DNA of 63,956 nucleotides, counting the filler, from Octopus bimaculoides (taxonomy: Eukaryota), in NCBI RefSeq assembly GCF_001194135.2. It is 7 parts of 7 records of this genome, joined end to end, with 100 filler letters (N's around TTAATTAATTAA, not from the genome) between each part and the next. Parts side by side here need not be neighbours in the genome. Positions count along the whole stretch, not along the records: positions 29,865 to 53,111 come from NC_068991.1; positions 53,212 to 60,629 come from NC_068983.1; positions 60,730 to 62,729 come from NW_026317636.1; positions 62,830 to 63,956 come from NW_026322201.1; 3 more parts are not named here. One strand, 5' to 3'. This document shows, piece after piece, positions 50,084-63,427 of the stretch. A model generated the notes under the pieces. It saw only the letters and a list, made by a program, of their open reading frames with translations. It was not told the origin of the DNA and ran no database searches. Position 1 is the stretch's first letter; every line of letters begins with the position of its first letter. Both the position numbers and the translations under genes were made by a program.

Positions 50084-50686
50084 CCTTATGAAGATTTAAG
50101 TTGTTATCCTCAACGAGATAAAAGTGAGTGTGAACGGATTTATCATTATTCCTGGAAGGACAGAAAATACGACTTTGACCTTTGGAAAAATTCACTGACA
50201 AAACCCGACGAACCTGCCCCTGTGATAGAATCAACTACAAGCGATGAACAATATCGGAAAGAACTAAAACAAAAAGAATTTGAGTCTTGGAAAGCTAAAA
50301 TCGTTGTGTCAGACATACGAAAGAAGTTTCACCGTGTACTCCCAAATACAGAACTTTTAGAGAAAGGATCAGAGGCTTCCTGTCAACTCGAGCGCTTGAA
50401 AGGTTTGCTTAAAGATGAACCCGAAAAGTTAGCATTCACCTTCTATCCGTTACACCAGATGCCCGCATTGGGAGTTGTGAGTTATCCTGAATTAGACTGC
50501 GAATCCAATGACTTGAAGGAAATCCCTTCCTATTCAACTTACCATCCTCAATATGAAAGAAATAATGCATTTGTACCTGGTCCACTATGGCCAAAACATA
50601 GGTTGATAACGTATGGAAACCAAACTCCATTGTTTAACTGCGCACCTGACAAGCTCTTAAAACAAAAAGGGAAAAGATTCATGTGA
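50084..50686 (+). CDS. CFAP92: CFAP92-like terminal coding exon
   Basis: Acceptor ctgttcttgtag, phase 0, 201 codons including stop; PYEDLSCYPQ...YSWKDRKYDFDLWK (recalled WSWDR.H.DFDLY) continuing into the ORF-track 154-aa frame. All six exons are phase-compatible. Confidence 0.88.
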   Translation, partial: PYEDLSCYPQRDKSECERIYHYSWKDRKYDFDLWKNSLTKPDEPAPVIESTTSDEQYRKELKQKEFESWKAKIVVSDIRKKFHRVLPNTELLEKGSEASCQLERLKGLLKDEPEKLAFTFYPLHQMPALGVVSYPELDCESNDLKEIPSYSTYHPQYERNNAFVPGPLWPKHRLITYGNQTPLFNCAPDKLLKQKGKRFM

Positions 50687-50934
50687 GTGATATAATTTTG
50701 GTACATATACATACATACATACATACATACATACATACACGCACACTCATACATACATATATATACACATACATACATAATACATACACACACGCACACT
50801 CATACATATATATATATACATACGTACATAATACATACATACATACACGCACACTCATACCTACATATATATATACACATACATACATGCATACATACAT
50901 GCATACATACATACATACATACATACATACATAC

Positions 50935-52790
50935 ATAATGGCTGTCCACTTGTGACCGAAGAAGACCATCGCTGACCATTGAGAACATTGTGCACTCAGA
51001 GAGAATTATAGTTTACACTTTCGGCTCTGCTGGTGATTAAGTCCAGCTCTTGATAAACATAAACATCCTCAGATACTGCAGGCTAAACTTCCCCTACTCA
51101 CTACACTGGCGGTACGTTTTCGAACAGCTCACTGAAATTTAGCATAAAAATGGCGTTTTTTTAAAAAATTTTTTAAACTATCCATTCCTTCCTTTACTTG
51201 TTTCCTCTATTTGTGACGATGACAAGCATTGGTTTCCCAATTGACCTTCTATGACTCATATGCCTTCAACAAGGACTTTACATAATCCTTCAAACGTAGT
51301 CTTGGTTTCTGTTGGGGGATACTTTCCACAAACACGTTCACCATACAAGTTCACCGTATAGCATCTGTTTATGAAGCGCCTGATTATTCATCCGAACAAG
51401 GTGTCCAGTCCAATGTAAACGGTGCTTGTAACCATTGCCCCAATACTTAGGATGTCGGCTCCCCACCAGACCTCTGGCTAGAGTGCGCAAGGATCAGTCA
51501 ACATTCACAATGTGTCTCAGATATCTCTGTTAGAAGTGTTCAAAGACATTTATATGATCCTTGTAAAGGCTACATGTGTCACATGTGTAAAGAAGCGATG
51601 TCAGCACTCATGAGCGGTACATAGCTACCTTTCTTCGCCTTGTGCTGCTATGTCGGGACTAGACACTAGAACGGCTGAGTGTGCTGCCCAGGCAGACTTG
51701 TCTACAACTTTCAGTACTATTCCTTCAACTAAGATGGTAGTGGGGGTCTCATGTATGGGTTTCCTGCCGCAGGTCGAAACGACAGTCTTTATCCAAGTTA
51801 ATGCTGAGTCCAAATATCTTGCAAGATGCAAATATATGATCATGTGAATTTGCATGGCTTCAGCTGTATGAGCGACCAAGTAGCAATCATCCGCATAAAG
51901 GAGGTCACGAATAAGAGACTGAAAAACTTTCGAATTGGCAGTAAATCGACACAATCCGCAACGAAATAGCATGAGTTAGAGTGGCCGCAAAATACAAGGT
52001 AACGTGAGTTGAGACAAGGTTGTCACTTTGCTTGACACTATTCTCTTCAAGGTTGAGTCTCACCATGCCGCCACAAACATTAACCTATTCTTCCGTTCCG
52101 TCACGAAATGATTTAATTATCGAAATAAAGTGACTCGGATAACCAAGTTTGTCGAGTATTTTCTACAAGGGGTGCCCTATCCACAGTATGGAACGCTTTG
52201 GTTAAATCAATGAAAACCTGGACAAGATTCATACTCTGCTCATAACACCTCTCCTGCATTTGTCTTGCTGTGAAAATCATATCCATTGTTCCTCTACCAG
52301 ATCGAAAGCCACATCGAAATTCTGATAGGACGTCATTTACAAGGGTATGAAAGATACTTGACAGAACCTTGCCAGCAGCTGACTGTACAGCAATACCTCC
52401 ACGATGGCCACACTTTATTTCGATTTCCTTTCCTTTATCGAGAGGGGAGATAATTGCGTTCTTGCCATCCTTGGGGACAGCACCATCCCTCCAGACTACA
52501 CCAACAAGCTCATGAAGTTTCAGTGTGATACGGCCACTACCAAAGCGCAAAACTTAGGAACAGATTCTGTCTTTACCGGTTGCTGTACCAAGATTCAACT
52601 TACTTGTTTCAATAAGTTGAACATACATGATGGCCGTCCACTCGTGACCGAGGAAGACCATTGCCGACCTTCAGGAACATTGTGCGCTCTAGGACTAACT
52701 TATATTTTGCATTTGCGACTCCGTTGGTGGCTAATGAGCCCTGCTCTTGACAAGCATACACGACTGCAAATATGCGAAGCGAACTTTTAG
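50935..52790 (-). mobile_element. Decayed RTE (BovB-like) LINE, RT to 3' tail
   Basis: GFRSGRGTMDMIFTARQMQE, VFIDLTKAFHTVDR, RDLLYADD, HWTGHLVRM. A tail-like segment occurs at both 50935-51110 and 52600-52780. Confidence 0.9.
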
Positions 52791-53041
52791 CCACACAGCC
52801 ATACATACATACATACATACATACATACATACATACATACATACATGCATGCATGCATGCATGCATGCATGAATGAATGAATGATTGCCTCATCTTGTCA
52901 GAGGATAACCATCTCACATAATGAATAGTGATTGGAGGTAAGTAACAAAAGCTTGTACAACATTGTCGTCATAGAAGGTTCCAGTGACAAGAATTGCAAG
53001 ATGACTGGTGCTATTTTCACACGCGCACACACACGTACACA

Positions 53042-53074
<33 letters not shown>

Positions 53075-53211
53075 GCTGACTACTTGATAAATTCTTATAA
53101 AGATTTTATCCNNNNNNNNNNNNNNNNNNNNNNNNNNNNNNNNNNNNNNNNNNNNTTAATTAATTAANNNNNNNNNNNNNNNNNNNNNNNNNNNNNNNNN
53201 NNNNNNNNNNN

Positions 53212-53247
<36 letters not shown>

Positions 53248-53649
53248 TCTCTCTCTCTCTGTCTGTGTGTGTGTGTGTGTGTGTCTGTCTGTGTGTGTGC
53301 GTGCGTGTGCATGTGTGTGTGTGTGTTTGTTTGTGTGTGTGTGTGTACGTGTATATTTAAACGTATATATTTGAGTATAAGTGTTTATGTGCGTATCTAT
53401 AGTTACATTCGTAAATGTTATTGACTGAATTGGAACTTAATACGTGACGGAAATATAACATACGATGAAATAGTGATTTGAGTGCAATAAAACGAGGGAA
53501 AATTATTTATATATGTGCATATTCATATACATGACTTTGTAAGAATTATACTTATAAATATACTGAGATAGATCAATTGTTATATCATGCTCAAAGATGC
53601 TTATTGAAAAATATCTAATACTTTTAATGGAAAAGTATATACAAGTACA

Positions 53650-53800
53650 GGAGAAGCTGAGTGGTAAGTAGCTTCTTACCCAACAACGATGTTCCGGGTT
53701 CAGTCCTCATTGCCTGGCACCTTGGGCAAGTGTCTTCTACTATAACGTCGGGCTGAACAAAGCCTTGTGAGTGGGTTTGTTAGACGGAAACTGAAAGAAG
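53650..53800 (+). mobile_element. SINE family B, 5' half
   Basis: Head and body as at 8570-8740. Confidence 0.8.
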
Positions 53801-54539
53801 CTCATATATATATATATATATATATANNNNNNNNNNNNNNNNNNNNNNNNNNNNNNNNNNNNNNNNNNNNNNNNNNNNNNNNNNNNNNNNNNNNNNNNNN
53901 NNNNNNNNNNNNNNNNNNNNNNNNNNNNNNNNNNNNNNNNNNNNNNNNNNNNNNNNNNNNNNNNNNNNNNNNNNTATACATATATATAACAAAGTAAAGT
54001 TGTAAGGTACTGCACGAGTGGAAATATATATGAAAGAATGTTTGAAAATGCAATTTTATTTACTTGACCAGTTTCACTTGTTTAGAAAAAGATTGTCGAA
54101 AATAAAATGTAAAGCTTTTGTATGAGCTTTGTTGTGTTAAGTACTGGTTAACACAAAAGTATTAAAATACAGATATACATTCTTTGATAATAAGAATATG
54201 TTAAAATCAGTTTACAAGACAGTATTTAGGGAAGGTAATCAGAACAGGACTCCAAAAAGCATTATGAGTTCAATAGCAATCGTGTTTGTTTGGTAGTATA
54301 TATATATACACAGAAGGAGATATATTTTAGAATTTACAAAAAAATTGTAGAAGAATAACTGACCTGACTTTCTGACATTTTCTGTTGTGTGTAGCTAAGG
54401 AATGTTTGCCATTTTGAGGGACAGTCCGGGACGTTGGTTGCAGTAGGGGAAAGAGCAATGTGGATTCAAAATTTCTTTTTTGTTTCTGGGCTAGTCAGTC
54501 ATGCTTCAGTGGTTTTGGGGACTAGTCCAACAGGTCAGA

Positions 54540-54647
54540 ATGGTGTGAGTGTGTATGTCTCTTTGCACGTGTCTATGTGTGTGTGTGTGTATATATACAT
54601 GTGCTTGTGGTTTATATTTGATACGATGGTGTGTGTATATGTGTGCA

Positions 54648-54678
<31 letters not shown>

Positions 54679-55052
54679 ATCTATGTGTGTGATTAGTATT
54701 TGTCAGGGTTTTGTGTGTGCGCAAGTGAATATGTATTTGTTCAAGTGTGTGTATGTGTGCGTCTGTATGTGTGAGTGTGTATGTTTGTGTTTTTGTGTTG
54801 GTGTCGATGTCACATGCGTTTACGTGAGTGTATATGTGTCTATTTCAGTGTTTGTGTTGTTATAATTGTCCTGGCGGTGTGTGTGTGTGTGTGAATAACC
54901 GTATGTATGTGTGTGTGGGTATGCGTTTGTGTATGTATGTGTGAGTGTGTTGTATTTACCCGGGATTCTGTGTGTGTCCGTGTGTGTTGGGTTTATCCGG
55001 GTGGTGTGTATGTGTGTGTGTTTACGTCCTGTGCATGTTGATACTGAGTATG

Positions 55053-55083
<31 letters not shown>

Positions 55084-55790
55084 TTATATGTGGATGTGGT
55101 TTATGTAGTTTTACGGGAGGCTGTGTGCACATGTGTGTGTGTGCTATATTTATGAGTGATTTGTTTTGTTTGTATTGTTAGTGCAGTGTATATGTATACG
55201 TGTGGGTGTCTTTGTGTGACTGAGTCTATGTATGTATATCTGTGTGTTTGTGAATGTTTGTTGTGAATTTTGGGATTGTATTCTGTGTATATGTGTGTGT
55301 TTTCTTCCTTTTGAGTCTGTGTGTGTGATTTTTACTTGGGAACGGGCGTATTGTGTTTGTGTGTGTGTATCTACATATGTGTGCATATATGCGAGTGTAT
55401 GTGGGGGTTGGGTTGTATTTGCGTGTTTGTGTGTGTATCTGTGTATATGTGGGCATGTTTGTGTGAATGTGATTTTGACTATCAGGGTGGTATGTGTAGG
55501 TGTGTGCATGTACGTGTTTACAAATGTGTGTATGTGTGTATGAGTGTTGGTTATAGTTGCTAGAATCGTATTGTGAGTGTATATATGTGCTTTTTTCTTG
55601 GAATGTGCGTGGCTTTGTGCTCTAGTGTGGGGATATTATGTTTGTGTGTGTGTATATGTATGTGTGTGTGTATATGTATGTGTGTTTGAGTTGGAGGTTT
55701 GCATTGCATTTGTGAGTGTGTGACATTGTACATCGGTATGTGTTTCTGTGTGTGTGTTTTGTGGGTGTGTGCCTGAAGGGTATGTTAGAG
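54540..55790. repeat. 1.25-kb degenerate GT-rich low-complexity tract
   Basis: Read directly; lies immediately 3' of the Penelope endonuclease fragment. Confidence 0.85.
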
Positions 55791-56140
55791 TATGTTGAGT
55801 TGTGGTCTGTATTTTTGAATAAGATTATCTTCCCCCATTCTTTCCAGTTTGGTCAGTGGTTTTGCCTGCTCATTGGGATAGTGGGAAAACTATGAATTTT
55901 GGGGACTTCTTTTGTGCACAGAGATCTAAGTGACCACTAAGTGCTATCTGTGTTGTGCTGGGATCTTTCAACTGTTGACAGTGGACTGTCATACTTTCTC
56001 TGTGGGTAAAGGTCGTTGTCCTATGAAATCTTTGTGGCATCCTTCACACCTTATGGCATAAAGTAAATTCTTTGATACGCAGGCGAAGTAATTTTTACGA
56101 CAAAAGTGTGTCTCGACTGGAATTTGTATATTGTTCCTTC
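55790..56140 (-). mobile_element. Penelope-like element GIY-YIG endonuclease fragment
   Basis: NYFACVSKNLLYAIRCEGCHKDFIGQ / (frameshift) SMTVHCQQLKDPSTTQIALSGHLDLC...IQKYRPQLN: GIY..CxxC..YIG-like pattern ending in P.LN. Confidence 0.8.
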
Positions 56141-56229
56141 AATCTTTTTCTAAAAAAGTAAAACCGGTCAAGTAAATAAACATCTTTAAAATTGCATTTT
56201 CAAACCTTCTTTCGTTATATATATATATG

Positions 56230-56460
56230 AGTGTGTATATGTTTGTGTGTCTGTGTTTGTCTCCACAATATTGCTTGACAACCGATAACCGATGCTGGTG
56301 AGTTTATATCCCCGTAACCTAGCGGTTCAGCAAAGTAACCGATAGAATAGGTACTAGGCTTACAAAGAATAAGTCCTGGCGTCGATTTGTTCGATTAAAT
56401 ACGGTGCTCCTGCATGGCCGCAGTCAAATGACTGAAAAAAATAAAAGAATAAAAGAATAT
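56230..56460 (+). mobile_element. SINE family B, 3' half
   Basis: Matches other copies. Confidence 0.82.
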
Positions 56461-56689
56461 GTATGTGCGTGTGTGCGTGCGTGCGTGTGTCCTTGTGTCT
56501 CTCTTCTGTACCACCTCTTCATCANNNNNNNNNNNNNNNNNNNNNNNNNNNNNNNNNNNNNNNNNNNNTATATTACGGAGATGCACTTGCATAGCAAGTG
56601 ACCTGATCTGAGATCGTGTGCTGGAACGAAAACAATTGCAGCGTGTCAATATTTACAGAAGCGCCGATAGCAAACGTTGGCCGTTTACT

Positions 56690-57440
56690 TTGATCATTGA
56701 ACAGGTGCTGCTGTGCATTGTAGCGAACTAGCCTCTGAAAATGGGTCCGATACCGTCTGCTTTCAGGACGGCTTCCAAGTAGCGATAGTCGACCCTATCG
56801 AATGCTTTTGTTTGATCCAAATTTATCACAGCACTCCAGAATCCCACACTGATCCCAGCCCACTCTATGATATATGGCAGAAGGTGGAGGTTGTTGTGGA
56901 TTGACCTGCTCGATATTGCGCACGTTTGCACTTCTCGGACCAGGCTGCCGACAAGCACCAACATTTTCGCTTGCTACTTGGCCGAAATCTTAAACTCTGC
57001 GTTTAGCAGAGTTATGGGCCGAAAATTCTGTAGTATATCTCCATTGTAAACATCATTCCTTAGCAGTGTCAGCACACCTCTGCTAAGAACACTAGGAATT
57101 CTCCAGTTGCCAGTTGCAGTAGATGTCTGTCAAGAGATTTCCAAACAACTCTAGCATGATTACATAGCATACGTAAGGCAGACCATTCCAACCAAGCGAT
57201 TTGCGACTTCAGGTACGAACTGAAGTCCAGTACCGTCGTCGACCCATCACTCGACCCATCTTTCTCTCCAAACAACTGCGCAAAGTGCTGCACACATCTC
57301 CTCAGAATCGCGTAGCACGTGCCCATTCCAATCCGTCAAAGATCTGATCGTGATTATCTTTCCGGGGTTACCCTTATCAGACGGGTAGTCATGTTGGGCA
57401 TACCGGGCTTCGTATATTATACCCCAGTGTCACTTTGATG
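56690..57440 (-). mobile_element. Tx1/L1-clade LINE RT fragment
   Basis: QTCAISSRSIHNNLHLLPYII ... INLDQTKAFDRVDYRYLEAVLKADGIGPIFRG. Confidence 0.85.
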
Positions 57441-57468
57441 GTATGCCCTGCTCTCTCACTCAATAAAA

Positions 57469-57469
<1 letters not shown>

Positions 57470-57520
<51 letters not shown>

Positions 57521-57550
57521 CAAAAACAACAATAATAATAATATAATAAC

Positions 57551-57606
<56 letters not shown>

Positions 57607-57620
57607 TAATAATAATAACT
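57470..57620. repeat. (AAT)n/(AAC)n microsatellite
   Basis: Read directly. Confidence 0.95.
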
Positions 57621-57639
57621 TATAGACAAAGCTGTACCC

Positions 57640-58940
57640 AGAGGCTGCAAGAGGAAGAAAAGTAACTTAGCTACGTCAGAGATCGACTATCGTAAGGCGT
57701 ACGATATGATCCTACATTCTTGGATTATGGAGTGTATGAACCCATTTGGTGTTACATCGAATGTTGAGCGATTGCTTGGAAAAAGTATGGCGAATTGGAG
57801 GACGGACATGACAGCATACGGAAGAAGTTTAGGGACAGTAGAATTAGGAGGGGCATCTTCCAAGGGGACTGCTTGCCCCTACTGATCTTTGTACTGTGCT
57901 TGATAACACTAACACTGATACTGAGGAAAGCAAAAGTTGGGTATGTATTCAAAAGCCGCCACCAAAAAGTCAAACATTTGTTATTCATGTATAACTTCAA
58001 AGCTAATGGTAAAAATGAAGCCCAAGTCAGTTCCCTCGTTGATACGGTGTATAACTTCAGTGCTGATATCAGAATGGTGTTCGTACTGAGAAGTGTGGTG
58101 TGTTACATTTGAAGAGGGGAAAAATCAAATATATGGACAGGATAACGATACCGTCAGGGGAGGTTACGAAGCAGATAGAAGAGACGGGCTATAAGCACTT
58201 GGGGATTTTGGAAATGGATAAATTGATGGAGAAAGCAATCACAGAAAAATTTAACGTGGAGTATTTGCGCAAACTGAGACTGTTCCTTAAGTTGAAATTA
58301 AACGGACGGAATAAGATCGAAGCTATCAACACCTGGACGGTTTCACTCCTTAGATATGGAGCAGGAGTAATCGTATGGACAGTAGACAAACTAAACACCT
58401 TAGACAGAAAGACGATGAAATTAATAACTGGATATGGGTCACTCCAACCAAAAGTGACACAGACAGTCTGTATGTACCAAAAATAAAGAGGGGGAAGAGG
58501 ACTTATTGGATGCGAACACAGCATTAGAGCAGAAGAAAACAACATAGCATGGTATGTAAAATATGTCACTGAACCACTATTATTAAAAGTAAGTAGGTCA
58601 GGCTTGTGTAGAATGAAAGATTGCAAAGAAAATGCACTATACCAGAAATTAAAAACGAATCAAACTGAAAATAGGTGGGTAAAGAAAAGATTGCATATTC
58701 AATTTCATAGAGATGTTGAAGATAAGACAGGCAGAAAAAATGGCTGTGGATGAATAAAGTGATTTAAAACCGAAAATGGAGGCTCCAGTCTGTGCTGCCC
58801 AAGAGCAAACACTAAGAACAAACTACACAAAATACAGAATAGACAACACATCAGAAAGTGATAAATGCAAAATCTGTGGACAAAACGGTGAAACCCTATG
58901 GTATATTACCAGACAATGTACGCCACTAGCCCAGAACTAA
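57640..58940 (+). mobile_element. Decayed R4/Dong-like LINE, RT to CCHC knuckle
   Basis: IDYRKAYDMILHSWIMEC, IRRGIFQGDCL, YKHLGILE, KLNGRNKIEAINTW, CKICGQNGETL. Confidence 0.88.
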
Positions 58941-59794
58941 CTGCGGAATACATAAACCAAATTTCATTAAGCATCTATAATAAGGCTGCTTTAACTTGCA
59001 GCGATACCGTACGTCTTCATATGTAATGAAAAATAATTTATTTATTATGTAACAAAAACTATAATCAAAATAAAGCATATGTAGAAATTTAGTATATAGC
59101 TCGTTTAGAAAATGTAAGTATGATATTTCTTGGATCATTTTTTATTCAAGACACAGCAAGAAATAAGTTAATATAAAAGAACAAAGCATACGATTTCACA
59201 ACACAACGAAACGAGTTTATACGGAAGAACAACCTAGACATCTTGAGCTAGGTATTTTTCCTCTCAAATTGATATTTATATTAAAATTCGAGCTAATAAA
59301 TGCGTGATTTACGGAGTGCTTGACTTTGAAGACTGACATAAGAATGCCAGATTATTGCAAAATATATAACTCTAAGGAAATAACTTCATTTGTCAGATTT
59401 GAAAATCATAATGTCATATATTTGCACGATGTCGGATGCTTATAAACCAACGACATTTATTTTCCCTTAAACTTTAAAAATATCTTAGCTGTATTACTGA
59501 GATATATGAAATGACATTAAAACTCTGGATCGAAATCCGATCAGATTTTAGCTTGAAGGGATCTCATTCTGACATGTAAATATTAGTAATGTGACAGGTA
59601 AATTTGAGTAGTATATTTCTTAATACAACGCTTGCACGGTTTATTTTATAGTATTCGTCCGAAAACGCATGTGAATCGAGGCGTAAATATAAGATCAAAT
59701 CATATCATTGAAAATGTCAGGACACTAAGTATTATGTAAAACTATAATGTCCATAAATTCAGTGAAATATATCTAATATTTCTTCTCTTTTCAG

Positions 59795-59902
59795 ACAGAT
59801 ACCACTCTTTGATACAACGCTGTGATACAACACTGTGATACGACACGGACGCACATCAGATTACAAACGTGAAATACTTTGCAAGAGAATAGCGGATACA
59901 TG
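59795..59902 (+). other. Candidate internal 5'UTR exon ending in ATG
   Basis: Strong acceptor tttcttctcttttcag and donor ATG|gtatga; stops in all three frames upstream of the ATG. Confidence 0.45.
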
Positions 59903-60528
59903 GTATGAGCATAAATATATATATATATTCACAATGTTTCAGATAGAAGCTGTTAATAAAATTTCTTAAAACGGTGTATAAATAGATGCTTGTGTATATG
60001 TTTTTACGTTAAAAAGGTGTCCATAGAGTTAAAGACGGTGTTTATATGCTTTCTCTAGTCGCTATGAATTGACTAATTCTTTCAGCAATCTAAAAAAAAA
60101 TCATTTGCGCGAACGTTAGAGTATAATTATCCAGATATTGTCAGATAAACAAATTAGTAGAATTGTATTAATATATTTACTGCATGCACTTCGTGTACAC
60201 ACGTACACCAAACGTTTCATCCTAACAGTCTATTAATTAAAAGCTAATTGGTCGAAATTTATTTTTTGCACTCATTAGAATTGGTCTGTTACATAATTCC
60301 TTCTATATAATATAAAAAAAAAACAGAGAGTAACATATTTAGAAATAAAAGTAATGTGAGCATGGATAATCAATAAGCTACACGTTTAACTGCTAATTTC
60401 TATATCACCATGAAAGATATTTCATTAGTGAGCATTCTATGTATATGCCAATCGAAAAATATTTGTACATATTTCACACATATATACATACATACATACA
60501 TACATGCATACATGTATATATGTATATA

Positions 60529-60559
<31 letters not shown>

Positions 60560-60584
60560 GTCTATATGTGTGTGTGAGTATGTG

Positions 60585-60629
<45 letters not shown>

Positions 60630-62678
60630 NNNNNNNNNNNNNNNNNNNNNNNNNNNNNNNNNNNNNNNNNNNNTTAATTAATTAANNNNNNNNNNNNNNN
60701 NNNNNNNNNNNNNNNNNNNNNNNNNNNNNAATTACAGTCACTTTCACACCGATCATTATGTATGTATCAAAATGTATATCTTGATGTAAGTGGAAGAAGG
60801 AATATACGAAAATGTATTATTAATCTTGAGAAATGCTTCGACATATCTAGCATAGATGCCTTACTGATGGGACACTCAACAACTGTTTCAGGATCATCCG
60901 GCTGTGCAGATGTATCTAATCTAGTGATTAATAGAAAGAAATCTTTAAAATAAAAATTCCCCAATCTAACTTCTCGTTTTGTATAAAGAAAATCAGCTAA
61001 TTGCTTATTATATAAACGCCTTCGAGCAAGCTACATGGTGAGACTGCACTCGCTTATACAAGATCTCCGAATATATGAGCATACCCTAAAGTAAATTATG
61101 TTACGCATTGTGCGTACGTACATTTATATGCGTGTAGGCATCTCGAGAGTCTTTCAGAAATTGTATTAATGATCTTCTCATTAGTCCACAGAAGAGAAAG
61201 GGATTCCTCGGAGCAGAGACATCATCTACTGGAAATTATATTATATGGTTTCACTTACTTTACTATGGATTAAGTTACGTTGTACTTCATTTAAGTTATG
61301 GATGACTTAGGTTTATTGATACCATCCCCATTATGACAAAGTCTAAATAGATAGTTAACTCGCTTTGTGATAATGAGTGCACTAGAATTCACGTGTGCTT
61401 AAGCTCACACTTTCTCAGTTGTTGTATAAGCCAGTGTACTCCCGCCATGAAACTTTCCAGCGGGTGTTTATACAACCACATTTGTTAACAGTTATTAAAA
61501 AAACATGTAATCATCTACGGATACGTCTGTTTTTACTCCCCTGACAAGATTTTGCCCAATAAAATGTTTTAATTACTGGAATTTAATTCTTTTCGACTAT
61601 ATCGAAACAGTTGTCTGTGAAGAAGTTGAACTTTTGTAGTTAATAAATTATATTAACGTGATATNNNNNNNNNNNNNNNNNNNNNNNNNNNNNNNNNNNN
61701 NNNNNNNNNNNNNNNNNNNNNNNNNNNNNNNNNNNNNNNNNNNNNNNNNNNNNNNNNNNNNNNNNNNNNNNNNNNNNNNNNNNNNNNNNNNNNNNNNNNN
61801 NNNNNNNNNNNNNNNNNNNNNNNNNNNNNNNNNNNNNNNNNNNNNNNNNNNNNNNATATATATATATAAAAAATTGTACACACATGTATATGTATATATA
61901 CATAACCATACACACACACTCACGCGCACACACACGCGCGTACCGTATACATTGTGTGAAAGTTTTTGGGTTTCTGTATTTATGTGTATATGTATATAAT
62001 TATTTGTGTGCATGTATGTGTGTTAGATTTCTCTGCTCTGTGCTCAAAACGTATTCAGAATTATCATGAATATAAAGCCTTTGCTATTGAAGTACCTTTA
62101 AGTAACAATCATGAGAGGAAGAATGTCTATAATATTGAAGGTGTGTGCGGAATTGTCAACATAGAATTTAACGAACATTTCAAGAAAGTGTTTTATTCCT
62201 GAGAAGAAGGGCATGAAGAATCATTTTACAGCATACACGAAAACAAGTCAACCTTGTTAAGTCCATATTTCCTGGAACATATCTGAAAATTAAATTCAAT
62301 ATTTTAATGCTGCATTGGTGCAAATATAATAACATTAATAAAACTGTCAATACTGACACGCTGCGCGTTCACACGAAGTAAGAAAATTCATACAAAATAT
62401 AAAATAATATGCATTGATTGTCACTAGCTTCAAATGAACGAGACATATAGAGCAATGCATATTACTAAAGATTTTATCACTTAATAAAACTTTAAAAATG
62501 ATGATGATCGATAATATCATGTGAATAAAATACTTACATAGGTAAACTTACACTTTTACAGACTTATACATTACACTTAAGTACATACACCCACGTGTGT
62601 GCAAAGATACATACATATATTTTATTTATCTGTTCTCTTCATTTATATATATATATATTTATATGGTTGTCTTTTTCA

Positions 62679-62709
<31 letters not shown>

Positions 62710-63309
62710 ACTCTCTCTCTCTCTCTCGCNNNNNNNNNNNNNNNNNNNNNNNNNNNNNNNNNNNNNNNNNNNNTTAATTAATTAANNNNNNNNNNNNNNN
62801 NNNNNNNNNNNNNNNNNNNNNNNNNNNNNTTTTTAAGTCTTTTAGATCCGATTCTATTGTGATGTGTTTCAGCTACATTTTAAGTGGCCCCCACTACAGA
62901 CGGACTCATACACAAGCAATAGAGCTTCGTGCTAATAATGTGTTTGTTGTTGTTGTTGTTGTTGTTTTGTTGCTTTTTTCTTTTCTTTCGTCGTTTGTCT
63001 TTCAAGAAGGAAAAAAAAAAATTGAGAAACAAGTATGACTGCAGTGTATATCTCTAAGCCTTCCTCTCTCTCTCTCTTTCTTTTTACACACGCGCACACA
63101 CATACACACACACATGCATATAATATACATACATCGATAAGCAATTCTTGATACACATGCATACATATATATACATATATATATATGCAAACGTAAATGC
63201 ATATATGTGTATATATATACATATTCACAAATATGTGTAAGTATAAATATATATATATATATATAATATATTGCTTGCATACATGAATGTATACACATGC
63301 ATATAACAT

Positions 63310-63347
<38 letters not shown>

Positions 63348-63384
63348 TTACATTCTTCTTCACTCTTCACACCTCCCTTTCTCT

Positions 63385-63427
63385 CACTTCGATGACGTCA
63401 TCAAAAGAAACTGACGTCATCGAAGTG
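63385..63427. promoter_or_regulatory. 16-bp inverted repeat with two full CRE sites
   Basis: cacttcgaTGACGTCA-tcaaaagaaac-TGACGTCAtcgaagtg; CACGTG about 70 bp downstream. Confidence 0.5.

Noticed and set aside
62095-62200. Minus-strand exon-like GIKHFLEMFVKFYVDNSAHTFNIIDILPLMIVT*
   Set aside because: The stop falls just before the apparent donor, a competing plus-strand frame overlaps it, and no homology was recognised.
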